Below, one piece after another: positions 1 through 13,881 of a stretch of DNA of 64,000 nucleotides (its first letter is position 1; each line of letters opens with the position of its first letter). The position numbers and the translations under genes were made by a program. Source of the stretch: Octopus vulgaris (Eukaryota); NCBI GenBank assembly GCA_951406725.2, contig OX597825.1:88350001-88414000 (forward strand). Reading direction: 5' to 3'. Under the pieces are notes generated by a model. It saw only the letters and a list, made by a program, of their open reading frames with translations. It was not told the DNA's origin and did not search any database.

Positions 1-52
1 GTGCGTGTGTGTGTATACAAACATTATATATATATATTGGGATTATTTTAAA

Positions 53-175
53 GACGGTAAGCTGGCAGAAACGATAGCACACCGGGCGAAACACTTAGTG
101 GTGTTTCGTCTGTTTTTATGTTCTGATTTCAAATTTTGCCGAGGTCGACTTTACCTTTTATCATTTCGAGGTCGT
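53..175 (+). mobile_element. tRNA-derived SINE, family S1 (partial)
   Basis: A-box-like AGCTGGCAGAA head, degenerate B-box (ttctgatttcaaatt) and gccgaggtcgacttt...tttcgaggtcg body; homologous to copies at 4901, 6975-7605, 39467 and 53590. Confidence 0.7.
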
Positions 176-700
176 ATTTTGCGGGTTTCTATGAAAATTC
201 CATATATCATTTCATTGTATATGTGTGTTCGGTTTTGTCCTCGACTGCAGAACCTACGGCCATGGATGGAGATAATACTCTTGTTATATTTCCTCAATGG
301 CCACAAAGAACACGTCTGCAGGCACTCCGATTGTGTTATAACATATATGCCATGTAGCTTTCGCATTTTGCAGTCCTACAATTGATAGAAATGTTTGAGA
401 GACTGTGAGGATTTCTAAGAAGCTGAGCCTTCAAAGTGTTTAGTAATAGTCTTTCATCTGGAATTGTTGACATCATGTATTGCGATTCATATACCGGAGA
501 GCGAATATAGTCACGGAGAAATACATAGTTTAAGTGGAGAGACACCAGATTTGTTGCTTTCTAATGCTTCATGGAAAACGCAGTATTTATGAGGTCTAGG
601 AAAATATCTGAGCAATAACGTGGCGTATACCACTATTTTTGCGTCAGGAGATCCGACGATTTGATTATATCCGAAATTTGTATTCGCATCAGTTAAATAC
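151..700 (-). mobile_element. Possible highly degraded Penelope-like linker/GIY-YIG remnant
   Basis: Broken minus-strand frames give LNTLKAQLL..NCRTAKCES and HGIYVIT..C..C, resembling the Cys-rich linker and GIY motif of PLEs; no YIG motif visible. Confidence 0.25.
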
Positions 701-912
701 ACATCTTCATATTTATGTTATATTTCTAATATTCATAAACCAATTCTAGTCGTAATCAAACGATGAAATACTTCTGCAGTGAATACATTAAACAGCACAA
801 ATGAGTGTATACATAGTTCGCGCTCCTTTTTGATTGACTCTGAAGAATGGGATCCGTTCCTCTACCGTCAACAGAGTATCCTGATGTCATTATGCATATT
901 TTTATGCTGACA

Positions 913-942
913 CACTACTACTGCCGCTGTTGCTGCTGCTGT

Positions 943-1018
<76 letters not shown>
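913..1018. repeat. (CTA)n/(CTG)n trinucleotide microsatellite
   Basis: Seen directly; explains the poly-Ser and poly-Leu ORFs. Confidence 0.95.
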
Positions 1019-1780
1019 GTTGAATATATCCCTGGGGGAATTCCTAGCCCCAGCTAGAGATATCAATGAGATCTCTGTTTGGAAAGCCATGGGATGCATC
1101 GATATTCCCCGTTTCTTCCTTTAGTTTCGGTTCTCTATTTTGGTGCTTATCTGATTTGAACTGCAGATGGATGTGAGGTGAGATATGCGACATAGATGTT
1201 CATGAATATTCTCAACTGCTGGTTAATACGATGCGTAATGCAACAAATGTAATAATTGAACCGTGAATGATTTTATGATTTGTCATTTATTTAGTAGAAA
1301 ATGTACATTCATTTAGATGTGAAAAATAAAATTCGGAAATGCTTTTCTTTTTCTCTCTGTCTCTCTATCTGTGTCTTTCTTTGGTACCCTTCTCCCACTA
1401 CCAAAAGACCCGTGAGGACGTAAGGTTGTGTCATTCTTTTTCGCGTTGCCTTAGACCGTACTGGAAACAATTTTATGATCTCCACACTCTGTCCTATAAT
1501 GTATAGTCCTTATGGACAGTTTTCAGTTCCCCTAAGCCTTTGTTCAGTTCATTGTCTGGAGCCCGTTTCGTTTTGTAATGTTTAGCCCCGATTACCGGCA
1601 AGTCTCTTGTCAGTGCCCCCAGAGTGGAAGCAATATTATCGAGAATGGCTAAAGTTGCGATTCACTCCTCTGGTCGAAAACAAATGAAGAATTGGTGACC
1701 TATGTTTTCAATCCACCTCTGTATTTAGTATATGTTCGTTTGTTTTACTACACGTGTTTTTCTAATTATATACATATATA

Positions 1781-2040
1781 TAAAACAATAATAAATATCT
1801 GAACGAGATATAAACAGTAACCGCTCGACAACGTAAGGTGTATTAGCCATCTGAATGTGGCTAGCCACTGGGGGGGGGGGTACTGATGCTTTTAGCCCCA
1901 GGCGATCAACGTCACCAGAAGGACTTTAGACACTATCTCAGTGACCTTGTGTTATTTGCAAAGGGAGGTCATCCTCCCTCGAAGACCTGAGTACTACATA
2001 CGGACTATAGTTTCAAAGTAATTGCCTCTCGTCAACGCAT

Positions 2041-2043
<3 letters not shown>
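1781..2043 (-). mobile_element. Hammerhead-bearing repeat family A (PLE pLTR/retrozyme-like), diverged single copy
   Basis: Colinear with 37731-37990 (aaacagtaa.cgctcga, tagcccca, tttagacac.at.tcagtg.ccttg, atttgcaaagggagg.catcc, gtttc...tcgtcaacg); flanked by (TA)n. Confidence 0.8.
1995..2043 (-). ncRNA. Minimal type I hammerhead ribozyme motif (family A, U3 variant, stem II partly degraded)
   Basis: Minus strand: tgtatgcg-TTGACGA-gaggcaattacttt-GAAA-CTATAG-TC^cgtatgta. Stem I is 8 bp with G-U pairs, stem III is the palindrome ACTATAGT, and the cleavage triplet is GUC. Confidence 0.65.
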
Positions 2044-2645
<602 letters not shown>

Positions 2646-3811
2646 TTATATACAAACATACGCATGGTTATAATATGGTTATAATTGATTACCAACAATT
2701 CTGTACATCGCGAGTGTTGTGGCGGAGATGCTAACGTAGAGATTCTTATCCCGTTCAACAGTCAAATCAATAAATGCTTCACTGTGACAAAATCAGCGAC
2801 GAGAATTTTAAGTTGATGTTTTCGTTAACTTTTACATTTAGTTTAGAAAACCTTGTCTGTGGTGCCAATGAGTTTCTATCCAAATTTATGTGTATGTGTG
2901 AATATATATTCTGGATAATTGTAGATTATAGGATAAAGAAGAACAGTAATTTGTTTATTATTAGGATCTAAGCAATATTCTAGGTGATGGAATCTAGTGT
3001 GAAAGAAATTTACGCGACGGTTTAAGTATATTTTGTTGGCAATCAATTAAACTTACTAAATATAATGGGGATTTATAGCAATGAATAGGGTGATTGGTGC
3101 CGTCGTGATTCTATTGCTGGTTTTTGTGTGTTTCTGGTGTTTGTGTGAAATTATATATATAATGCTTGTACGTGAGTATGTATATATGTGTGTTTGTGTG
3201 TTTGTATTGTAAGACGGAGTTTATGAAGGCATCGTAGAGACGTTATGATGAATGATTACATTCATACAAACATAAACACACATACAATACGCGTATGTTT
3301 GTGTATAAATGCTTTTAGAATTAGGAGAACATTTTTCGAGTAACAAAAGCATTTGGCGCAAGGTGTGGTTACTCGGCAGTTAGGTGTGGCCTCGTACGAA
3401 ATGTTTTTGTTTCTGTTGTTAGTTTTGGCTTTGTGCTTTGTTGGACTTTTAATCGTTCTCTCATGCATTGGATTTTAAGCGATTGCTGTAGAGGTGGGAG
3501 GTTTCATTAAAGCTCTGTAATGTGTGTTTTAAAGATCGTTACATCACGCAACTCATTGTACCTATTGATCCCATGTTTCATATTTGTGGCCCTCAGTCTC
3601 TGATACTGAGATGTCGTTTCTATTTCTCTCCCCATATAGAGCCAAATTTACCTATTTAGCGACCTCACCGTTCAGTCTTTGGAAAATATCACTTCGAGTC
3701 TGTTCTGCAAACAGTAAACCTACAGAAATGCACTCAGACAAAATAGGGAACCATACACGCACACACATGCACACGCATAAAAAAATACACGCATGCAGAC
3801 ACACACACGCA

Positions 3812-3858
<47 letters not shown>

Positions 3859-4900
3859 GCACACACACGCACAAACACATACATTCACATTTACAAATGC
3901 ACATACACACACAAAGACGTGCATTTATTATTTTGATACTTCTGCATATTGCTGTGGTAGTCAAACCAGCCACCGTCGCCCTCTGCACCGATTGCACTTG
4001 ATCTTAGCGACTCAGTGGTTAGCTTTTTGCTTTCTTTTTGGAATGGCCGTTGAATTTGTCAAATGTCTTCGCTAACAGACGTCGTATTATTATTACTTCT
4101 CAGTTCCTCTTGGAAACTCCGAACTTCCCGAAATTTAAATTAACCCTGAAGTTTCCAACACAAAATTAACTTCTCATAACAGAACACACACCAGTTTCTA
4201 ACACATCACATTCCATTCATTCCAAATGACCCCAGGGTCATTTTATATTGGTTTGCCAAGTGATTAACGTTTTAAAATAATTAATTTTAAAATACATATC
4301 CTACATCATTGCCATTATTTCACTCTTTTCTTTTTTCAGTCATATAAATTGTATTATAGTGATTAGCAAATCACTATTAAGATTATTGAAGAAAAATGTC
4401 AATTAAAATTGCATCAGATCGGAAATTTATTGTAAAAATATCATATATTGGGCGTTCATTTACATATTAAGATAATAATTGCGCTATTATTTTGATTAAT
4501 TTAACTCTTGTTTCCAAAGTGCCCTTTTCTCTCTCAAGGCTGTCAAACTGCATATCACAGTCGTTTATTATGTAAAAGAATCCCAAAAGACGTAAACACA
4601 AAAATAAATCCGAAAAATATGTTCGAAGAGACGCAACGAACGTAGAAAATATGAAGTCGTCATTCAGTGAAATCGCCAGAAGACGACGCTGTGCCGGGCA
4701 GAGAATTTCTCATCGTCATACATGCACAAAATAGATGCGCGTGCACATATATACATTTATGCGTCTATACATATAAACTTAAAAACACACGCACACACAT
4801 ATTTATGTGTGTGTGTGTGTGTGTGCATGTGCGTGTGTGTGTGTGAGTGCGCGTGTGCGTGCGTGCGTGTGAGTGCATGTGTGTATAGATATATATAAAA

Positions 4901-5035
4901 GGCAGAAAAGTTAGCTGGCCAGGCGAAATGCTTTCGTGCTGAGTTGAAATTCCGACGAGGCCGCGTTTGCCTTTCATCATTTCTGGGTCAATAAATTAAG
5001 CAACTTTCGGGCCTTGTGCCTAGAGGAGAAAAGAT
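4901..5035 (+). mobile_element. SINE family S1, internally deleted
   Basis: ggcgaaatgct...ctgagttgaaattccgacgagg...gcctttcatc matches the other S1 copies. Confidence 0.65.
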
Positions 5036-5079
5036 TATACAATGATGCGTTTGGTAATATTATATTGACGCTTATAAAA

Positions 5080-5520
5080 GAATATACGCACCAGTCTCAC
5101 AGTGTATATGGATGGGGTTGTCAGATGTGGTGGAAGGTGGAGTTATAAAAGGTAGCCATAAGATGACAGATTGAAGGCAGGGGATAGATGAGAGCGTAGA
5201 GAAGAAGAAGATGCAGAAATTATGGGTAAAATTTGCAAGGAGAGTGTGAGATGGAGCGATAAATCTGGTGGGAGTGATTGGAAAGATAAACATGATTAAC
5301 GGTGAAGACGGTTGGATGAGGTCGAGGGAAAATATGGAGGAAGGAAAATAATAAAAATGAGGGACGGATGTCGACTGGGAAAGGAAATGTCAATTGGCTG
5401 TACAGGATAATAGGATGTACCATGCAGGAAGAGTTTCTCCTTGCACTATTCATGACGGGAAGGTAACTGTTGATGGAAAACAGATGTAAGTATCGGTGAT
5501 CGTAGGAGGGGTGGAGTTAC
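5080..5520 (-). mobile_element. Possible degraded LINE (L2/CR1-like) 3' fragment
   Basis: Strand-skewed, GC-richer block with pyrimidine-rich minus strand; no clean motif. Confidence 0.25.
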
Positions 5521-5633
5521 ACATACATATAAGGACACACATACACACACAGATCTGTATAAATAAATAAATACAGACATATATGTTTACAGAAACATGG
5601 ATACGTGTGTGTGTGTGTGTGTAAAACTGCATG

Positions 5634-5930
5634 TCGCTGTGGTTAGAGCGTAGGTCTCACAATTATGAGGTTGTGAGTTTGACTCCTGGAGCGGGCTGTG
5701 TGTTGTGTTCTTGAGCAAGACACTTTATTTCACGTTGCTCTTGTTCATTCGCTGTACAAATGAGTTGCGACGCCACTGGCGCCAAGCTGTATCGGCCTTT
5801 GAATTTCCCTTCGATTTTATCGCCCGCTGTTATGAATACGCAACTTTTGGCCTTCCATAAACAATCTTGCGCGGACTTGTGCCTCAAAGGAGAACTTTCT
5901 AGGTGCAATCTCATGGTCAGTCATGGCACC
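5634..5930 (+). mobile_element. tRNA-derived CORE-type SINE, family S2
   Basis: tRNA-like head (gtggttagagcg...gagtttgactcc) followed by the CORE-like segment tgttgtgttcttgagcaagacacttt; related copies at ~22240-22320 and 48308-48565. Confidence 0.75.
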
Positions 5931-6064
5931 AGACTAATAACCATGCCGGTAAATTACTCTGGAAGATGGGAATAATAAGTGGTTGCCGGAATAAATGGCA
6001 TAGGATCTTTTTATGAGTGCACTCAAACACGTCTCATATAAACAAACTTACAGGATATGTGAGA

Positions 6065-6292
6065 GTGTTCGTGTTTGTGTGTGTGGTATGTGTATCTGTC
6101 TGTCCTTCTGTCCGTGTGTGACCCCACCCAACGCTTGAGAACTGGTTTTGTATTTACGTCTCCGTGACTTAGTCTTTCGGCAAAACTGACCGATGTAATA
6201 ATTATCAGGAATTCTTAAATAAAGTAATGTCACTCGACTAAAAAGGCGGTGCCCCAGTATGGCCACAATCACATGACTAAAGCAAGTAGAAT
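6065..6292 (+). mobile_element. SINE family S3, 3' portion
   Basis: tcgactaaaaaggcggtgccccagtatggccacaatc...aagcaagtaga is the reverse complement of the S3 tail at 47010-47075. Confidence 0.65.
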
Positions 6293-6642
6293 ATATATAC
6301 ATAAACAAACATGTATGCTGCTTCAATCTGCTACTATTCACGTGATAATTATGGCAGAAGTGACAGTCCTGAAGATGCTATTGTTGTTGATGTCTGCCTT
6401 AATCGGGAGCTTAGCAGGTTCGGATTGTTCTTCAAGCAGGTGATATCTACAACACTATAGATTTCCCTTCCTCCTCGCATTCCTCACCGACATTCTTCAC
6501 ATTGAGTGGGATTTTTACTGCGTACCTGTGTCTGTTCCCTTAGAAAAGAAAAAAAATCGTTGTCCCCAATTTCTGTGACCTTTAATTTCTCTCCAAACAT
6601 TTTACTCATGTCGCTGACAATTTGCATTGTGGATATATATAG

Positions 6643-6677
<35 letters not shown>

Positions 6678-6698
6678 AAATGGTGTAAATATATTGTA

Positions 6699-6854
6699 TA
6701 TTAAGAAAAAGGAGGCGGTCAGAATTTTGGATAATTCTTTATTAAATCTTTCGTTTGTTTATCCGAACTTTACAAGGACAATTCAAACAAAATAATTAAC
6801 GGAAGTGCTAATAAAGAATTATCCAAAATTCTGACCGCCTCCATTTTCTTAATA
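6699..6854. repeat. Fold-back element with ~46-bp near-perfect inverted arms, between microsatellites
   Basis: 6699-6744 tattaagaaaaaggaggcggtcagaattttggataattctttatta versus 6809-6854 taataaagaattatccaaaattctgaccgcctccattttcttaata. Confidence 0.9.
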
Positions 6855-6878
6855 CACTCACACACACACACACACATC

Positions 6879-6916
<38 letters not shown>

Positions 6917-6944
6917 TAGATACATACATACATACATATTCTTG

Positions 6945-7605
6945 TCTACTCTAGACACAATTTTGGTGGAGGAAGCCAGTCGATTAGATCAACCCCAGTT
7001 CACAACTGGTACTTAATTTATCGACCCTGAAAGGATGAAAGCAAAGTCGACCTCGGCGGAATTTGAACTCAGAACGGAATGACAGACGAAAATACCTATT
7101 TCATTACTGCCCACAAGGGGTTACACACAGAGAGGACAAACAAGGACAGACAAACGGATTAAGTCTATTATATCGACCCGAGTGCGTAACTGGTGCTTAT
7201 TTAATAGACCCTGAAAGAATGAATGGCAAAGTCGACGTCGGCGGAATTTGAACTCAGAACGTAGCGGCAGACGAAATACCGCTAAGCATTTCGCTCGGCT
7301 TGCTAACGTTTCTGCCAGCTCGCCGCCTTAAACGCTTGATGCCGTCCTTTGTTTATTTTGTTAAACGTTGAGGAGACAAGAGTTTGTATAAGGCTTCAAG
7401 ATGTAATTATGGTTGTAATTATGTTCAAATTACAATGATGTGATTTTGGCTGAAAGCCAGCAATTTCCGGGGAGGCAGTAAGTCGATTGAATAGTCACGC
7501 AATACTGAACATGTATTTACTCCATCGGTCCCGGTAGAGTGAAAGTCAAAGTCGACCCTGGCAGAATTAGAACTCAGAACGTAAAAACGGACGAAATGCC
7601 GCTAA
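6945..7605 (-). mobile_element. Cluster of three SINE S1 copies
   Basis: Three repeats of tcgaccctgaaag.atgaa.g.caaagtcgac.tcggcggaatttgaactcagaacg; the most complete head ends at ctgccagctcgccgcc (~7328). Confidence 0.85.
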
Positions 7606-7669
7606 TATCCGTCAAATATAAATAATGTAAATAACGTGCTTAATCCCTCATCTCTGAAATATAGAACTG
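7605..7669 (+). mobile_element. 3' end fragment of hammerhead family D
   Basis: aatatccgtcaaatataaataatgtaaataa...cctcatctctgaaatatagaactg matches 50838-50868 and the reverse complement of 50261-50318. Confidence 0.7.
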
Positions 7670-8828
7670 CATTACCTATCCCCCATGTATATACATACGC
7701 AGCCACGCATGAGCGCTCACACACACACACGTACTTATACCAATCTATCAGTCGATGTTTGCACATTTCATATCCTTTCTGAATATTACACTAAAGCATT
7801 GAATAACCTTTTCTAGAGTGATTCCTTGTCATATATCTGCTTATAATTAGAATATAATTTGGCGTGGAAGAGAAATTATCAATTCTATTGCAATGCTTCG
7901 GATTGATGTGTCATTACATATATTGTGGTGCGCAAAGTGTTGGAATTCTAGCATTAAATAAATTTCACCGAATATATCGATTTATGTCACAAATCGAATA
8001 TCGTTCTAAATTGATATTTCTTACAAAAATGATTTCGGTTGGAATTTAGTTTCTAATTGGCTGAAATTGATGTTATTTCAATAACGCCGCTTTAGATGGA
8101 ATCGATTGCATTTGGGTGCAGTCAGTGCTTCACACAAAACTGTATCAGAATATGGAAAGTCTCTCATGTTTTTGCTGATTACCTTACACTAAGTATAAAT
8201 TTCTTTGAGAATATTTTCACTATTGGTGAATTAACAGCTGGTCTTATCGGAAGGTTGTAACGTTTGGTAGTTTCATTATTTGCAGTCCAAGAGAAATCGG
8301 CTGTAGACAGACCTCTTCCCTGTGAGCCACTTCCAAATTGTATCTCATTAAAATAATTATAGGAAACCACGAACGAAGAATTGTCGATTCAGAGGTTGGT
8401 AAGAATTGTTGGAATATTTATTGGACATCGGCTGCATTTGATCGATCGGTCGCACACGTCATACGTTTTTAAAGTAATATGTCAGTTGTTTAAGTCTTTG
8501 AAAGTTATCTGTCATGCAGGTTTATGGATTGTTATATTCACTGGGAATAACATGCTCCTGCCTGTCGTTACACGATATTACACAGTGTGCGTAATCTGTC
8601 AACTAAAATATAAATAGAAATTGAGGATTAAATTCTAAAGTAGTATCTCAATCCATTTACAAATAGCTACATAAATTAGTGATCAACACAAAACAATTCC
8701 TGTCAGCAAAATAATAAAAAATAAACATATTTATTAAAGTAACTTACGGGTTCTCCGATGTCCTAAAGTTTATCAACGATCAAAGCCTTATCACACACAC
8801 ACCCATGCACACATGATATATATATATG

Positions 8829-9900
8829 CGGGGAATAAACTGTCGTCTAAATTACGCAACAATGAAGATACTACTGACTTCTCATTTAACCAAATAGATT
8901 TACCAAAATTACATTAAAAAAAGCTTGAAATACTAAAGAGCAAATCTATTCAATATAATCGCCATTGGCGCCAACCACGGACTCTGAGATGACTCAGACT
9001 CTCCTGGAATTCTTCTGGACGGTTTCCTTATAAGGTATAAGCTAGTGAATGCTGTCTTATAGAAGAAAATCCTTGCCTTCAGTTCATCTTTGCTGTTACA
9101 AAGGGTTCTTTTGGTGTCTCGGTCAACTGAGTCCCATACTTAATAACCAATGGGGTTGCAGTCTGGGGAGTTAGGTGGCCAGATTTTAGGAGTGATTTGG
9201 TCGCAGAAATTGTCTGACAGCCATGACTAGGTTCTCCTGCTTGCGTGGTATGCTGAGTCCCGTTGCCAGACAAGGCCTTCCACCAGCCACCCTCTTGATC
9301 CAGGGCAGCACTACCTCCTCCAGGCATTTGATGGAGGCCATGGGGGAAGATGAATGGAGGCCTAACGTCTCATCAGTAGTAATCACTCCAAACACCATGA
9401 TGTTGACTGGATGTTTGATATTTATCTCTCTTGGGACATGTTTTGGGGACCGGATAATCCAACGGTTGTTCCGTATGTTCACCATTTGACCCTGGCAGAA
9501 ATTGTGCCCTTTTGCGAATAAACTAAACATGTTCGGTTGGAGGAGATGCTTCAGGTTGTTCAAAAGTTTGGGAGCGCGGTCTTTCTTCTTGTCTTTGATG
9601 GCAAGGGATAGAAACTGGCCCCTTCTCATCTTGTATAAGCATCTGAGACACTGCCATCTCCCTGGCGATGGAGCTGACTGACTTGGAGGGATCGTTGTAG
9701 ATGGTGTATTCGATCTCACTAACAAACTCAGGAGTCTTTCTTTTTATCCGAACGATCCGAGGAAATTCTTCGAGCTACCCTGCGTTCAGAAGAACCATTA
9801 GACTCATTCAACTCTTAGAATTTACAACTAATTGTCCCCCTTCAGACGACGGGATATCATACTTGATCTCGTGTAAAATCCTCGAAAACCAAGGCATCTA
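8829..9900 (-). mobile_element. Degraded Tc1/mariner-superfamily transposon (maT/DD37D-like transposase pseudogene)
   Basis: Minus-strand frames: NNRW...KHPVNIMVFGVIT...CLEEVVLPWIKRVAGGRP, WPPNSPDCNPIGY (~9140-9181) and C-terminal VVGANGDYIE*; several frameshifts. Confidence 0.85.
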
Positions 9901-10384
9901 CCTCAACGGGATGGAATGTTGCAAGTTATGCAAGATTCTAAAATACGCGCCAAGATCCTAAAATTCTTGCTCGCACAAGGGGTCATATTTAACGCCAGGA
10001 CGGATATTTTCGGACTATGATTGCATTTTAGGAGATTTCTGCTAGCGTTTTGGAATTCGCAAGGGGAGGGCTCAGAAGGAAGCCGATAGCCAAGGCCGAA
10101 GGAAGATAATCGTTTACGTTCGTGATCCTGGGGATTTTTGGTTACCTTCCCAGCGACGCATTTCTAGTCTGTATTTTAAAGAGGATTTATGTCAGCAGGT
10201 TTGGGGTCTGTGGATACGCCATAAGACCAAACCCCTTGGAGTGGAAACCCAGAATAACCCCATAAACCGGTCTTTCCCATTATAATATTGGCTGCTCTAC
10301 ATCTTAGAGTGTGTTTCTCCCTATTTACGTTTTTCTATATACACACATACACACACAAACACACACGCACACACAAATATATTG

Positions 10385-10638
<254 letters not shown>

Positions 10639-10725
10639 TTTTTCCACGTCTTATACTATACTATACTATACTTGTTCCACGTCCTCGCATTATTGTGTTT
10701 TCTCTTTGTGTTTTCATGTTTGGAT

Positions 10726-10786
<61 letters not shown>

Positions 10787-10794
10787 ATATATCA

Positions 10795-10978
10795 AATATA
10801 ATTGAACAATTAAATTAAATGGAGTTGAATGAAACAACCGTACTGCATTACCTCTGTATATCCTTCCTTATTTTGATTGTCAACTTATTTTGAAATTGTA
10901 GGGATAATACCGTACTGAATTTCGGTGCCTCAACTTAAGTACCATATTCATATGAATGTAAATTTTTGCTGGACTTGT
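10795..10978 (+). mobile_element. Repeat family C, 3' portion, between (TA)n tracts
   Basis: atGAAACaaccGTAc...ttattttgatt...ggtgc...ttaagtaccatattc...aat.taaatt.ttgctg matches 38645-38753 and the reverse complement of 34900-35060. Confidence 0.75.
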
Positions 10979-10989
10979 ATATATATATG

Positions 10990-11057
<68 letters not shown>

Positions 11058-11275
11058 TTTGAAAAAGATGATGCTCTTTAAAAATGGAGTCATTTCACAC
11101 AGGCGTACACCGGCTTAGCTCCATATCGATTAATGTTTGGGGAATTTGTTAATTGGTGCTTATTGATGGTTGAAATTGACTACTATTATGTAAATAAATT
11201 GATTTTCTGTGTTCGCACTCTCCATTTTATTTGTATTGTATGTGTACGTGTGTGTGTGTATATACATATATACGT

Positions 11276-11339
<64 letters not shown>

Positions 11340-11786
11340 AATATTTCTATGTTTATTCATAAGAAATAAATTATGTTATACTGAGAATGTCATCTGTGTA
11401 TGAATTCGTTGTTGTCGAAATATACATATCAATAATTAAGGACGCCATGTTTTGAGGCTTCCTGAAAGATAAAAGCAAAATATATATTTTGAGATTCATT
11501 TACAAAGCTGTCACTTTAGGAAGAAGGCAAGCTGCTAACGTTTGGCCTGTGTTTATATTAGAGACATAGCTATAAACCACCCTATAATTGATTATATTTT
11601 ACGAGTAAATATACACACCTGTTCGCGAGTCGTTTGAATGTAAGGACATGCTTACGTATAAATACATGTGTACATACATGCGACATACGTCTAGTAGGTC
11701 GTATAGAAACAGACGATCAAAAACGTGCGAGTCTATATATATATATATATATATACAAGAAAAAAGCAACAAGAATGGATTAGTTG

Positions 11787-11875
11787 TTCAGTACAATTGT
11801 TTCATACGAAGAACAGATTTATTAAAAGCTGCAAATATTGCAGCAAATACAAGTGTCTTGTATTCATCAGCCAAA
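11787..11875 (-). ncRNA. Hammerhead-like motif with enlarged stem II domain (family C)
   Basis: Minus strand: tttgg-CTGATGA-ATAC-(~52 nt)-GTAT-GAAA-CAATTG-TA^ctgaa, with the palindrome ACAATTGT as stem III. Surrounding 11755-11900 is homologous to 34989-35165. Confidence 0.5.
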
Positions 11876-13149
11876 ACACATATGAGTTTTCCAAACATCC
11901 TCGTGGGTGAGGCTACACTCATGAAGCATCGAAGAGAGTTCTATGAAAAGCAAAGTTAGATTGTAAGCAGACTTAAAATGTTCTCTAATGATGCACAGTT
12001 TTATTAAAGGTTTTTAAAAAAGTTTGTTAGCTTCACAGAAAAGGTAAATCCATCCATGATAATGCAGGTGTAATTCCCGGAGATATGAGGAGAGATTTTA
12101 TTCTCAGAGAAGATGAATGTATCCATAATAATGTAGATGTGATTTCCTGATATATGAGGAGAAGATGTTGATCACACTTCTATTCGTTTCACAAAACTAC
12201 TATGTTGGAAGAAGGGATTGGCTATATTGGCTAAAAGAAGTCGCAAAAGACGTCTGTGAAGCAGAAACCGCCCAAATAAGTACACGAAAAAAGTACACAA
12301 CCTACAAAGTTTTGTTTATTTCTGTGGTGACAGAAAATCTAGGTCAGTGTTGCAGGAATCTAAGATTTCTAATTTATAAGAGAACATTATTTTTGACCAT
12401 CATACAGCTATTAACTGCCACTCCTATAGAGTTAATGGCGAGTTAAAGAATATAAAGAGAACAAAAGAAAGTATCAAAGGGGTCAAAGGCTATCAGTAGA
12501 GGAAAATACATTCAGAAATTTAAGTGCAAAACTAGAACAGGAGGTTATTTATTTATTCATTTATTATTGTTTCTATTCATACTAATGTTTATACATTGTA
12601 AGACAGACTTTAGGTCTATACCTAGAGGTCAATTAATTTCTATAGTAAAAGGTGTGAGAGTATTGCTTATTCAAAATATAGTGAAAATTATAGTGAAAAT
12701 TCTTTATATTATTATTAAGAGAGTAGCATTACTTATTAAACTTAGAATAGAATTAGGAAGTATTAGCAATTTATTTGATTTAAGTTGGGTTAATTAAATT
12801 AGATTAAATTAAATTAATCATATAGCCAATTAAAAAGTTTTGGCAACGTACAAATACTATTTGTTTCTTTGTGTTCTAAAACAGGTACAGTTAGAAAGAA
12901 GGAACACCAGTGGAAGAGCTCACAGATGTCTATTTAAAATATATATTAGAGTTTTGCTTTTTTAGTAAAAACAAGATAGACCTACCTCTATACGATTATT
13001 GTATACGATTTTTATTTAAAATATTTAAGAGTCTTGATTTTTGAGTGAATACGAGATACGAGACAGTTACAAATATATACATATATGTATATATATACAC
13101 ATTCATATATATATGTATATGTATATATATATAAATTGATAGAAATGCC

Positions 13150-13790
13150 AAGATAACAGGGGATGAACCGGGAGGTGTGAACCAGATAGTTTTCCTTATC
13201 CTCTGTAGCCTCTTCTTTATTATTGGACTAGAGTCAAGTGCATAGGTTATTTCTAAATCCACTATCGTTTTCTGCCTTATTCTATACTAGTGCAAGGCTA
13301 TTAAGAATGTCTCTATCGGAGGTGAGTCTAGACGTTCGTGTGCAGTATGGTGAGATGGCAGGAAACTACATTAATATAATTATGTTGTTGTTTAGAAGTC
13401 GTGAATGTGTGCTGTTTTTTTTACTAGGTATAAGTTCTTGCTTTTATCGGAAAAAAAAGTGCCTTTTTTTTGGAACTCTTTATGTAATTGATATCCTTTT
13501 TCAGTTTTCAGTATTAAAAGGCTTACGAAGTTTTATTTTGGTCATGAGTTTCAGTAGGTCCACTTCGAAGTCTTTGAAGCCTTTGATTTATGGAGCGAAT
13601 TTTTTAGATTTAATACCATAGAATATATTCTCTGTAGTGTCCTTTTCCATGTTATAAAAGAAAGCTTTCCCTCTCATGCGCTTAATAAGGTCTGTAATTT
13701 TCTTTAAAAATTTCTTAGAGTATAGTTCCTTTGATGGTATAGGTATGTTTTCATAGAATAATCGATGTAGTAGTCGTTCATATTGAACTC
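13150..13790 (-). pseudogene. Penelope-like element ORF remnant (N-terminus fused to the linker region; RT core deleted)
   Basis: Frameshifted MNDYYIDYSMK/NIPIPSKELY..LIKRMRGKAFFY..YGIKSKKFAP..FEVDL..DKSKNLY, then RKTIWFTPP; both resemble motifs of invertebrate PLE proteins (recognised from family knowledge). Confidence 0.7.
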
Positions 13791-13881
13791 TTCTGCGGGG
13801 CAGAATCCCCAACCGATTCCTGGCGATTTTCCAAAATAATCTGTATTAGCTCTTACGGAAAAATAGCGGTGTACGGGAGGT

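Noticed and set aside
2660-3580. Possible minus-strand retroelement RT remnant
   Set aside because: Only vague resemblance; no recognisable catalytic motif.
11940-12960. Possible PLE coding remnant (FRSIPRGQ, YIRKS-like pieces)
   Set aside because: The fragments are too short and lie on inconsistent strands.
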